Part shown: positions 12,191-23,491 of the stretch, one piece after another
How the letters are laid out: each line of letters starts with the position of its first letter
Numbering within the stretch: the stretch's first letter is position 1
NCBI RefSeq assembly: GCF_000143415.4
Contig: NW_003314322.1
Span: forward strand, 1,066,067-1,130,066
Length of the DNA: 64,000 bases
Reading direction: 5' to 3'
DNA from: Selaginella moellendorffii
Taxonomy: Eukaryota; Plantae; Lycopodiophyta
Notes under the pieces: generated by a model
What the model was told of the DNA's origin: nothing
The model's database searches: none
What the model saw: only the letters and a program-made list of their open reading frames with translations
Translations under genes and position numbers: made by a program

Positions 12191-12442
12191 AATGGGAGAG
12201 TTTTTTTTTAACATTGTGCCTTGCGGAGAGTTTGGGAGGAATTGGAAGAAACAATTTACTGGAGTCTTTGTATTGAGATTTTGAAGAAAAAAAATGGCGG
12301 CTGATGGACGATGCTTTTGAGTGGAAGGACAAAAGCTCTTGGAGCTCTTGCATGGACTTATGGTAGAAAACAAGATTACTTATCACCGTTTTAATATAAA
12401 GTCCAATGTCACCCTTGGCGGTGCTGACTTCTAGGGTTTGGC

Positions 12443-15280
12443 ATGGCACCGTCCAGCGAGAGGACGCCATTGCTAGAGCAGCAGCAGCAGCGATTGAATG
12501 GTGCTCCATCGGTAAGATTCTGGCAATTCTCCGGCCAGGTAGAGGCAGCTGAGATTGTGGATTCATTCTTGTGAAGGGGGCGAAGGCTGCTCGTGCTCGA
12601 TCAGACCTTGAGAGCGGGGATGTCCAGGTAGTCTTGAGCTGAGTTTCTCGTGTTTGCGATGACAACTCTTCGTTTTCCAGGCAGAGAATGTGGGGTTTGG
12701 GCGAATCCTTCGACTGGTAAAAAAGTTCTTCGAGCTTGCAAGACTCAAATGCTTTGTTCTTTGGTGTTTTTTCTTCACAGGCTCGGCCAGAGTCGGGGAT
12801 GCTGGCGGTCGCAACGTTTTCTCTCGTGATTTCCTCGCTATCAAATATTTTGCTGGTAAGGTGTCACTGGTTTTCCACTCGAGGTGATAACGCTGTTTGG
12901 CAGCCAAAATTTGCAGGGAACATCATCGACATTGTTACGCAGCACCCTGGCACTCCGCAAGGACGCGCCGAAGCGCTGCACGAAGTCCATGGGATTATCA
13001 TAGAAATCGTCGTTATAATTCTCGTCGGGTATGTCCTTTATGGGTTTGTGGTTTTCATCCAGTTTTCGCTGGTTTGCTGGCAGCACAGCCGCAACAATGC
13101 TGAGATCCTACTTGTTCACCGCTGCAAGCGAGCGAGTTGTCGCTCGTTTGCGGAAGAACTTGTTCTCGCATCTCCTCTCGCAGGTAAGTAAGAGCATTGC
13201 GTATGGTCAGCTAGAGATCTCGCCATTTTGCTTCAGGAAATTGCCTTCTTTGACGTGACAAGAACAGGAGAGCTCTTGAGTAGGCTCTCTGAAGACACTC
13301 AGATAATAAAAAACGCCGCCACCGTCAACTTATCGGAGGGTCTACGAAGTTTAGGGACGTCACTGGTTGGCCTTGGATTCATGTTCGAGACGTCGTGGCG
13401 CCTTACCCGTGTGTATGCTTTGTTTTGACACTCACTGAGTGGTCGGAAGTTTGTCTAATGTGCTCTTGTGGTCGCAGTGCTGGCGCTGGCGATTGTTCCA
13501 GCGATTTCTTTCGGCGTCAGAGCATTCGGCCGCTACGTTAGAGAGCTCTCGCACAAAACGCAGGCGGCAGCTGCGGCTGCGGGCGCTATAGCAGAGGTAA
13601 GTGTTGCGTATGCATGCGATTTAGGCTGATCAGCTTAATTGCGATGTTGCAGGAGGCGTTTGGAGCGGTGAGGACCGTTAGATCCTTTGCTCAAGAGAGC
13701 TACGAGTGCGCTCGTTATGGCGAGAAAGTGGACTACACGTTAAAGCTTGGAATTAGACGAGCCGTAAGTCTTTTATTGCTCCATGTTACGTTCCTAAACT
13801 TTTAAGAAATTTTCAGCTGGTTGGAGGAATTTTTGCCGGAACAGTTTCTGGTGCGTCTACACTTTCAATTGTTGCTGTTGTTGTGTATGGTGCAAACTTA
13901 ACTCTGCACGATAAAATGACGACGGGATCACTCACGGCGTTTATACTCTACAGCCTCACTGGTGAGAGAGACACTCTCAATACGTATTGCTCATTTGATT
14001 TTGCTCCGCCTTTGCAGTTGGAATGTCACTAGCTTCTTTGTCCGGGCTCTACACTACTGCCATGAAAGCCGCAGGAGCTAGCAGGCGTGTTTTTCAGCTT
14101 TTAGACCGTGTGTCAACAATGCCGAAGTCCGGGAATACTTGTCCTATGAGGTAAGCCATAGCATATTTGCGAAAGTTGTCACATCGGTAATTTATTTTCA
14201 GTGATTCCGAGGGAGAAGTTCAGCTGGTGGATGTTTGGTTTGCGTATCCATCCCGTCCAAAAGATTGGGTTCTTCAGGTATTAAAATCGTCTCTATCAGC
14301 ATGAAACCTGTGATTCCTTTTTATTTTCCGCAGGGCGTGAACCTTTGTTTGAAACCGGGAGCAAAAGTTGCTTTAGTTGGGCCAAGCGGTGGTGGGAAGG
14401 TAATTAATCCCCCAAAAGTTTCGTAACTCCCAACTATAATGACTTTTGTTTGATGTAGACTACTATTGCGAACTTAGTAGAGAGATTTTACGATCCCCAG
14501 AAGGGAAAAGTTCTTTTCAACGGGGTGCCGTTGCCTGAAATAAGTCACCGGCATTTGCATAGAAAGGTACGTACAGTATATATAAAATATTCGCGCTCTA
14601 GATTTTCTCCTCGTTCTTTATTCAGGTGAGTATTGTAAGCCAAGAGCCAGTGCTCTTTAATTGCACCATTGCCGAAAACATATGCTATGGGCTGGACGAG
14701 ATCTCTCCTTCCGAGGAAATTCAAAGAGTATCTGTATGTTAATCGTATCATGCGCGAATTTTTGCTATAATTCACTGCACTTGTTTTGCAGATGATGGCC
14801 AATGCTCACGAGTTCATCTGCAAATTCCCGGAGGGTTACGACACTCACGTTGGAGAACGAGGCGTACGACTCTCGGGGGGGCAGAAGCAGCGTATTGCCA
14901 TCGCAAGAGCATTGCTGATGGATCCAAGAGTCCTTCTTTTGGACGAGGCAACGAGTGCACTTGATGCGGAGAGTGAGTTCCTAGTACAGGTAAGCAAGGC
15001 ATTCTCAAATCTTTGTCAAAGCAACTTCATGCTTTTTGTCTTGTCACTCTAGGATGCGATGGATCGTTTGATGAAAGGACGAACTGTCCTCGTGATCGCA
15101 CACCGCTTGTCAACTGTCAAGAGCGCTGACACCGTAGCAGTAGTCACTGATGGGAAGATTGTGGAGAGCGGAACTCACGACACCTTGCTCGAGAGAAACG
15201 GGATCTACGCGGCACTAGTCAGGAGACAACTCCAGGGATCACAGAGAGAGCTTTCGCCGGACTTGGGAAATGGCATATAG
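12443..15280 (+). CDS. ABCB27: Half-size ABC transporter, ABCB27/TAP2/ALS1-like
   Basis: [44 protein letters not shown], Walker A GPSGGGK, signature [25 protein letters not shown]-terminal ERTPLL dileucine motif. Confidence 0.9.
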
Positions 15281-15886
15281 TCAGGTAACGTAACAGGCAC
15301 ATTCTTAAGATCGAACCTTCATAATTGCTTGTGCAGGGGAAGTTTTTAGCCTCTACTACGAGTATAAGTTCCCTCTCTCGAAACAGCTCTCGGCGGTACG
15401 ACTTCTCATTGCTGTTTTTGGATGCAGTGATAGGATCCAGTCTCGGTTGGATCAAATCACTCGAGACAAAGTTTTCTCCCCACGAATTTAGTAGAACTTT
15501 GACTTGCGAGCTTCGATCGATCCAGCTTACTTACGAACAATTCAAACAAACCATTGTTTTGTTTTGTTTTGTTTGTCTCTCTCTTTGTTTTGAAGAAACC
15601 CAGAAACCCAGAGCCAGCAAGCCAGGAAGGAGGGGACAGACACTCCCAAGTAAGCAAGCATGTTCTTCAAGGCTTTAAAATCGCCAGTGGCTTTCTCTTG
15701 TATTAAACAAAGAAAGGTCCCTTTACAAGCAAGGGAATATGCTGGCTATGGAGGGAGGCCGGCCCCCAAAACTTAAAAATCCCCCATTTGAATTGTTTGC
15801 TTCCGCAACGGACTTTTCAGTTCCAGTCCCTATCGCCAGCTTCTTCTCTTTTTTTTTTTTCTCGCGTTCTTAGATTGTAAGCATGC

Positions 15887-15930
15887 TTAAAGCTTTTAAC
15901 CCTCCCAAAAACATTCAAAAACGGGCGGGA
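15887..15930. promoter_or_regulatory. CHR-like plus E2F/CDE-like module upstream of cyclin A copy 2
   Basis: ttaaagc..cctcccaaaa.ttcaaa.aac.gggcggga. MSA-like AACGG cores at ~15806, ~15920 and ~16006. Confidence 0.5.
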
Positions 15931-16255
15931 TGATTTAACATGTGCCACGTCGGCAAAGACATGGCATAAAGCTGGCCCTTGGATGCGGCTCATCGACGGC
16001 CAATGCCGTTGCGGCTTCCCTTCCCCTAATCTTTAGCTCGCTGCGCTGGGGCGCCTAGCTCGATCGATCGATCGATCCCCACTCTCTCCGCGGCTACTGA
16101 TGCCCGGATTTGCTCGGCGATCGAATTGATGCTGTTGCTGGCCGCGCCTGCGATGACCCCCGGGGGAGATGCCTGGCAATGCCTGTGCCGCTGCGCCACC
16201 AGGGCCGCCCGGGTGAGCGAGTAGCAGATCTGGAAGGGAAAAGAAGCTGCAAGAG

Positions 16256-18137
16256 ATGGCGTCCAAGCGATCTGCCATGGACGACGACGCGCGCCTGGCG
16301 GCGGCGCCTTCCACTCAGGCCAAGAAGCGACCGGCGCTGGCCAGTCTTTCCAACTCGTGCAATGTGCCAGTGGTTCGCCCCGCCATGGCCGCCGCCGCCG
16401 CGCAGGTAAGCGTAGCAGTGCCGAGTTCTTCGCTTTCTTGGGTCGAATACTTCTTGGGCTGTCGCAGATTGTGGGAAAGGCCAAGGCTTTATGCGCAGGG
16501 GACGAGAACGCCCCATCTTTGATGCATCGCGAAGCTCAGCAGCTTTTACAGATCGATGAAACGTTTGAGTCCCCGGCCGCCAAGGCGAATCCGGCCGCTG
16601 TCGCTTCCTTGGAGCGCAAGACGGTGCAAAGTTTGTACATTTCGAGCTCGCGATCTTCAGGTAGGAATGAAAGAACGCTTCTTTCTTTTTATCCTTGCGG
16701 CAACAAAAGTTTTTTTTTTGCTTCTTTGTTTGTAGAAACATTGCTCAAGAGCTTCAAAGACATTGATCTGGAAAACAAGGACCCCCAGATGTGTGGAGTT
16801 TATGCCACAGAGATCTACCACCATCTCCGAATCAGAGAGGTTTGTAGTTTATGTTCTCGTTCTTTTTTTTCTTGTTGGAGTTTTGGTTGTTGGTTGATTG
16901 TCTAACAATCATAATTTGATTGTGTTGCTCCGCCAGCTGAAACGAAGGCCAACAACTAATTTTATGGAAGTCGTGCAACGAGATATCAACGCTAGCATGC
17001 GAGGAATTCTAGTGGATTGGCTGGTGGAGGTAATGCATTCGGCTTTCTTCTTTGTTTGTTCTTGTGATCTGTTCTTGACTGGAATTTCCTGCGGTGATTT
17101 TCCTCTTCGCAGGTTGCCGAGGAGTACAAGCTTGTACCCGACACACTATATCTAACTGTTTCATATATAGATCGTTACCTTTCTGCAAACGTTGTCAATC
17201 GTCAACGGTTACAGCTGCTTGGAGTTTCTTGCATGCTTATTGCCGCGTACGTTCATTGTTATAAGCCCGGGGATGCAGTGTAAAAGGCGAGTTTTTTTCC
17301 TTTCAGAAAATACGAGGAGATTTGTGCTCCTCAGGTTGAGGAATTTTGCTACATAACCGACAATACGTACTCGAAGGAGGAGGTATGTTGAGTTGTTTTC
17401 TCTCATTGATTGGATCTCATCTGTTTCTTTGGACAGGTTCTTATCATGGAGAGACAAGTACTGAACAATTTGCGGTTTGAGCTTACCACTCCCACGATCA
17501 AGACATTCCTAAGGTGAGGACTTTACGTTTTGCACTGGTTGTATTAACAACTCTGAATTAGACGGTTCATGCGGGCAGCGCAGGCTTCTTACCACGTAAG
17601 TTTTTGAGTTGCAAACTAGTGGAGTGTTTCTTATTTGCTTATCTTTTCTCAGACCCCGTCTCTTCAGCTGGAATTCCTTGGCAATTTTCTAGCCGAACTC
17701 AGCCTCGTTGAGTACACATTCCTCAAGTACAAACCATCGATGATCGCTGCGTCGGCCGTTTTCCTTGCAAAGCTTACAGTCGACCCCACTGAAGATCCTT
17801 GGGTAAGCCATTTTTTAGCGCATCACATATCAACAAAATAAATTCTTGTCTGTTCCAGAATGGAACGTTACGACACTACACCGGATATTGTGCGTCAGAG
17901 TTAGCACAGTGTGTGCGCGACATTCATGAGCTGCAGTGTAACACCAAAGGCTGTGGCCTACCGGCTGTGAGAGAAAAGTACAAGCAGCACAAAGTAAAGT
18001 TTTTTCACCGCTCCATATCTACCAGAAGTTTTTCCATCTCACGGACTTCTTCTCAATCGTTTCTGCAGTTCAAATGCGTCGCAACTTTGGCAGCTCCATC
18101 GCCTATCGCTGCGGAGAAATTCGAGGGCGAGGTGTAG
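16256..18137 (+). CDS. CYCA: A-type cyclin (copy 2)
   Basis: D-box [47 protein letters not shown]. Exon structure parallels copy 1. Confidence 0.93.
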
Positions 18138-18320
18138 AAGAGTTGGGGGCGGTGCTCGTAAACTAAGAGCACACTTGTACACTGGTACTTTTACTAACTT
18201 TATGGAGACAAATTCTTTTTTTTCTTCCTTTGGTGATTTTTATTCCATTGACGACGCTTACACAGTCAGCAGCAGCAGAGTTTCGATCGATCCGGCAGCG
18301 AGTTTGGGTCGTGAGATTCG

Positions 18321-18705
18321 TCACGGGACAGTGTAATCTGCCAGATAAATCAGTGTTCGTGAGACGCGAGACAAGATCCGGAAGAGGAGCGAGGGGCTTA
18401 CTTCCACATTTAAATCCGTGTGGGATGTTTCGGCCGCACGTAGCAGCGATGTGGACGACCCTCTTCATGTTGACGAGGCGGACGACCATGGGCGTGACGT
18501 AGCGGCAAACGCAGCGCGTGTCGGCGGCCAGGATCGCGTCGCAGCAATCCTTGGTGGGCGCCTCCGGATCGTTGCTGCCCAGGAGAGCGCTGCAATCGTT
18601 GGCCAAGCTCGCCATTTGGGTGCTGCAGCTGGCAGCGTCGATCGATCGGGCGGCAATGGCCACGAGAATCGCGAAGAAGAAGACGGAGCTAGCTCGAGCA
18701 CCCAT
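18321..18705 (-). CDS. Non-specific lipid transfer protein (type D-like)
   Basis: Signal peptide, C..C..CC..CVC..C..C, intron 4 nt after the last Cys codon, short last exon ending YTVP-stop. Confidence 0.85.
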
Positions 18706-18986
18706 TTCCTTCACTGTTCTTCCTCCAGAGAGGGAGGCGGTGGATTTAAATAAAAAAGCGCGCGAGCGAGGAGGGTAGGTTTCTGGATCGTAACGTTCTC
18801 TGGAATCAGCGGCTGGGATCTGAGGATGTTACGAATCGGGTGACTGATTCTGGCCCGGAATCTATCCGCTACCCCTGTTCTAGGGTTCTTGGGAACGAGA
18901 AGATAGAAGGTACGAATGGTCTCAGCTCCTCGGCAAATGGAGCTGCCGCATTCCAACCGCGATTTCTCTTTGCAGAAGGGCAGGGG

Positions 18987-19487
18987 ATGGCAGCGATACC
19001 GGCAGCAGCAGCAGCGGCGGCGATTTGCCCTCTCGTCTCGATTCAGTCGCGGCGGCGGCGGTGGCGGCTGGGCCGAATTGCCGTGCGCGCGGCGGCGAGT
19101 GAGGAGGTGGCGGTGCACACGGTGACCGTCCACGATCGGCAGCGAGGGCTTGTGCATCGGTTCCAGGTGCCGGAGGATCAGTACATCCTCCACACCGCCG
19201 AGGGGGAGGAGATCGAGCTGCCGTTTTCGTGCCGGCATGGGTGCTGCACGGCGTGCGCGGTGAGGATCAAGTCGGGGAAGATCAATCAGCCCGAGGCGCT
19301 GGGGATCTCGGCGGAGCTCAAGGCGCAGGGGTATGGGCTGCTGTGCGTGGGCTATCCTCTGTCGGACGTGGAAGTAGAAACCCAGGACGAGGACGAGGTG
19401 TATTGGCTCCAGTTTGGGCGATACTTTGCGCGGGGGCCTGTGGAGCGCGACGATTATGCCCTGGAGCTTGCCACTGGGGATGAGTGA
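18987..19487 (+). CDS. FdC2: Ferredoxin C2 (C-terminally extended 2Fe-2S ferredoxin), intronless CDS
   Basis: VPEDQYILHTAE...LPFSCRHGCCTACAVR, C-terminal EVYWLQFGRYFARGPVERDDYALELA, transit peptide. Confidence 0.93.
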   Translation: MAAIPAAAAAAAICPLVSIQSRRRRWRLGRIAVRAAASEEVAVHTVTVHDRQRGLVHRFQVPEDQYILHTAEGEEIELPFSCRHGCCTACAVRIKSGKINQPEALGISAELKAQGYGLLCVGYPLSDVEVETQDEDEVYWLQFGRYFARGPVERDDYALELATGDE

Positions 19488-19935
19488 GCGAGATAAATTT
19501 TGTGCTTATAATTTATAAACGTGTTTATAAAATGGTTTTAGTATAGTATAAAACTTGGGTTTAGGCTGATGATTCTAGTAATCTTATAGAAATATTTTTG
19601 AAATTTAAACTGAATTTTCCTAACTACTTTTTGCAGCAAGAATCAAAGAAAGTCAATGCACAGATGCAAAGTCAATAAAAATCAGAAAGTAGACAGAAAA
19701 TCTTTTCAACGGAATACCGTCTCATTGGCCATGACGGATGAAACTTTTGTAACAATTTTTGCGGGACGCCACGAGTAGTTTTTTGGCATTTCAAGGAAAA
19801 ATATTTTCTTTATTTTACTCTTGAAAACCGGTGATTTTCATTTTATAATAATGGTTGTATATTCGAATGTACAAGGTGACGCCGAAAGAAAAAAGAAGAA
19901 AAATGAAAATGAAAATTGGATATGTACACGGTTCT

Positions 19936-22900
19936 CTAGAACTGGTAGCAACTGGACTTGGAGTAGCCGTGCTTGGCCAGGTTTGGGAGGCAAGCCAGAT
20001 TGATCATCGCCGGCGGCCCACACATGAACGCCGCCGCCTCGTCCGACCCTCTGGCTAGATGATCCCGGACAACCTCCTCGGTGATGTATCCCACACTGTA
20101 CTTCCAATTGCTCGGCTCGCGAGGCTGGCTCAAGACGTACCACACCCGGAACTGGGCGGCGTGGCTCTCGGCCCACGAATCCAGCTCCGCTCGCAGCATT
20201 ATATCCTCTTCCGTCCGGTTGGCGTAGACGAGTGAGATCCGGGTGGTGTCCTCCTTGTCTCGAAGAATCGCCTTGATCACCTGGTAGACCGGCGTGATCC
20301 CAGTCCCTCCCGCGAGCATGGCGATGTCGCTCGCAAACTTTGCGTCGCCGTTGACGGTGAACTTTCCCCGCCCGAGGTACTGGATGTGTCCGATCGGCCC
20401 CTTGAGATTGATCGAGTCGCCGATGGCCAGCGAGTCGAGGTGCTGGGACATGATCCCTCCGCCCGGGAAGTTTGGGTGGACGTTCTTGTAATAGACCCGG
20501 ATGAGGAGCTCGACGTGGCCGATGGAGTCCTCGTCGTCGTCCGAGGAGATCGGCGTGTAGGCGCGGATGCAGAGCTTGGAGTTGACGGCGGCGGAGACGA
20601 AGACGTGCTTGCCTGTGGGGAGGCCGAGGACTTGATCGGGGGATGGGAGAGAGAAGCGGAGGCGGCGGAGATCCGCGCTGATGTTCACGCGCGCGACGAG
20701 CTTGCACGGGATGTTCTGCCGCGGGTTGAGCGCCACTGGCCTCGATGCCGGGAGGGCTTCCAGGATTGGATCGAGCGTGGTGAGACTGAGCGCCGAGAGC
20801 GCCCGGTTGCCGCCGTGGAGCGACGTCTCCGGGCTCGTGTCCGCCGACGAGAAGCTCCCGGCCGTGCTCACGAGCTCCCCGATCTTGTAGTCCTCAAGCA
20901 GCGCCTTGGCGCGGGCCGAGTGGATGGCCTCGAACTCCTCCGTGCAGTCGGTGCCGGCGTTGATCAGGATGCTGTCCGCGCCACCGGGGTGATCCTTGAG
21001 GAAGGACGTGCAGTCGTAGACGGAGCTGTTGACGACGATCCAGGGCGAGTCGGGCTTGCTGTGCTTGCGCACCTCGGACATGGTGATGGAGGAGACGCTC
21101 TGGTTGAGGAAGGGCGAGGAGGCGCTCTTGGTCATGGCCTTGCCGGGCTTGCTCAAGTCGCCACTCTTGGTCTCCTCTTCCTTTTGCTTCACCATCCAGC
21201 CGCCGGGCTGGTTGGCCGGCCGCGTCGGGTGCTCGAACGCCAGCGCCACGCCCCCGAGCTTCCCCTTGCAGGGACGGACCTTCACCCGGAACCAGCAGTT
21301 GTTCATCATCCCCTGCCACCATAGCCCGAGAGATCGAACCATGAGAACCACCGATCAATCCAAAGAATTCACTTCCACTCACCATGAGGTTCCAGATGAG
21401 CTCCTTGGGCTGCGTGTTCATGCTCTCGTCCCACGCGCGCACCGCGATCTCCCGCGCCTGGAGGAGCTCCATCGCCTCCACGCCCAGCTCCCAGAAGCAC
21501 CAGCACCAGTGCTTGCCATACTTGGTGGGCCGCTCGGGGTGCTTCAGATCCGCCAGCGCCCACGTCTCGCCGCCGTCGAGCGTCACCTCAACCCTGGTCA
21601 CCTTCCTCCCGCCCCCTGCCATGGCCATTTTCAAAAGTCAGCATATTCTCGTGCACATTCGCGGAAATATCTGCCGTACCGGAATATGCGTAGCCTCTCA
21701 TCCTGTACGGCGACTGTATCGACACCGGATTGATGGGCAGGCTGTCGCCGTGCGCGGGAGTGGTGATAACCGAGTTGATGTTGAGCTCGTTGATCAAATA
21801 CTCGGGCCTCTTCCACCACCCTGGAAAATGGAGCAAAAAAGACTAAATTGAGCTCTTCCCAGATTCTCGGAGTGGAGATTCTATGACGCAAGAGAAACAA
21901 AAGACATGGGAACAAAGAAAGAATTATACTACTGACCTTCCGCGTTTGCAATGTCGGAATCGACGTGCGAGGGCAACACCTTGTTGTCCTGGTAGTGGTA
22001 AAAGTTGTTGGGCTCGGCGGCGGTGGCCTCGATCTTGCGCAGCCACTTGACCATCCGGCCGCCGATCATACCCGGAATGATCATCCGTACGGGGAAGCCG
22101 TGATCGGGCGGGAGAGGACGTCCGTTTTGCATGTAGGCGACCAGCACGTCCTGCGTCACGTCCATGGCCCTCTCCGCGCGTATCCCGGTGCCGTACCCGT
22201 CACCCCCGCATTTGGGGAGCGAATCCCCGCCCTCGAAGCACACGAAGCGGGCCCCGCGGCGAAGGCCGCCGCAGGCTTTGAGCACGTCGCGGAGAAGGGC
22301 ACCCTTCCACACTGACGTGCTGACGCCCGCCGCCCCCCAGTTGAAGCCCACGCTCTGCCGCACCATGTTTTGCTCCTTGCGCCGGTTGCCCGCGCAGACG
22401 AGCGTGACGGGCAGCTCCCGCGCGGGGAGCCGCAGGAGGTCGTCCATGGTGAGCACCGCCGGGCGGCGCACCATGCCACCCACGTGGATGCGCCACTCGG
22501 CCCAGGTGCCGCGCGGCACGGGCCCGTGGTTGCGCACGTAGTGCAGCGCCGCCGGGGTGATGAAGCCGTGCTGCATGAGGCGGGGCAGCGGCGGCTCCGC
22601 GTTGAAGGGGTGGCGGCCCGTGAGGCGGACCATGTCCGGGTGCCGCGACACCCACTCGTCCGAGGTGCCCACGTCGCGCTCGTCGCGGCCAAACTCCTCC
22701 ACTTCCTCCACTTGCTCTTCCAGGATCCATTCCTCCTCCTCCTCTTCCGATTCTTCTTCGTCTTCCTCGCATGAATTCTTGAGCTTGAGCAGCTCCAGCG
22801 GCGGCTTGACTGCCGCCACTCTCCCGCCGCCGCCGCCGCCGACCGGCTTGATGGATTGCTCGTCCGCGAACTTTACGTGATGGTGGTGGTGGTGATTGTT

Positions 22901-23014
22901 GTGATGCGCCACCGCCGCCGCCTGGGCCTCGATTCCATTGGCGAGCACCATTCCCCCGTTGACGAGCAACAGCGAGCTGCTTTTCTTGGGTAGATCCACC
23001 ATAGCCGTCCCCAT
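19936..23014 (-). CDS. NIA: Assimilatory nitrate reductase, 4 exons
   Basis: Moco domain [22 protein letters not shown]; cytochrome b5 HPGG; FAD domain [13 protein letters not shown]; C-terminal CGPP. Three short GT-AG introns. Confidence 0.97.
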
Positions 23015-23302
23015 TCCTTTAAATGGATCCTCTCCCCCCTCCAAACGCCTCCATCGCCTCAAATCAATCTCCTCCTCAAATCTCCCGATTCTTCCTCTCA
23101 AGAGCTATCAATGAGAAAAGCCACACCAAACTCTCGAATCGCAATCGAATCCCTCCACCGCGCACAGCATCGCCAATCCAGATTCTCAACGGAAGGACGG
23201 ATCGAGCATTCCAATTCCGAGACGCAAGCCAATCGAATCGATACTCTCTCTGTCCAAGTAGAGGGAGAGAGAAGTAAAAGTCACGAAATGTGTGTTCTTG
23301 CT

Positions 23303-23365
23303 TGGCCCCTTGGAGGGGTCAACCAACAAGGAAGGAAATAAAACTGCAAAGGACTCAAACACAAA

Positions 23366-23404
<39 letters not shown>

Positions 23405-23491
23405 TAAGCCTAGACAGGGAGGGGTGTTTTCCTCTTTTTATACAAGGGTGGTACGCTGTTAGAACTTGGCCCATGACCATGGGAAGGGCCA
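23303..23491. promoter_or_regulatory. Candidate NLP-binding nitrate-responsive elements in the NIA promoter
   Basis: Pseudo-palindromes TGGCCCCTT-GG-AGGGGTCA (23303-23321) and TGGCCCAT-N9-AAGGGCCA (23467-23491). Confidence 0.45.
23367..23400. repeat. (CA)n microsatellite
   Basis: About 17 CA units, read directly. Confidence 0.95.

Noticed and set aside
11961-12665. 234-aa - strand ORF as an intact gene
   Set aside because: Runs antisense through the first ABCB27 exons and promoter, with no coherent domain.
19838-22880. Long alternative-frame and antisense ORFs over nitrate reductase (e.g. 20386..21324 +)
   Set aside because: Expected shadow ORFs from very high GC3, with no recognisable protein.
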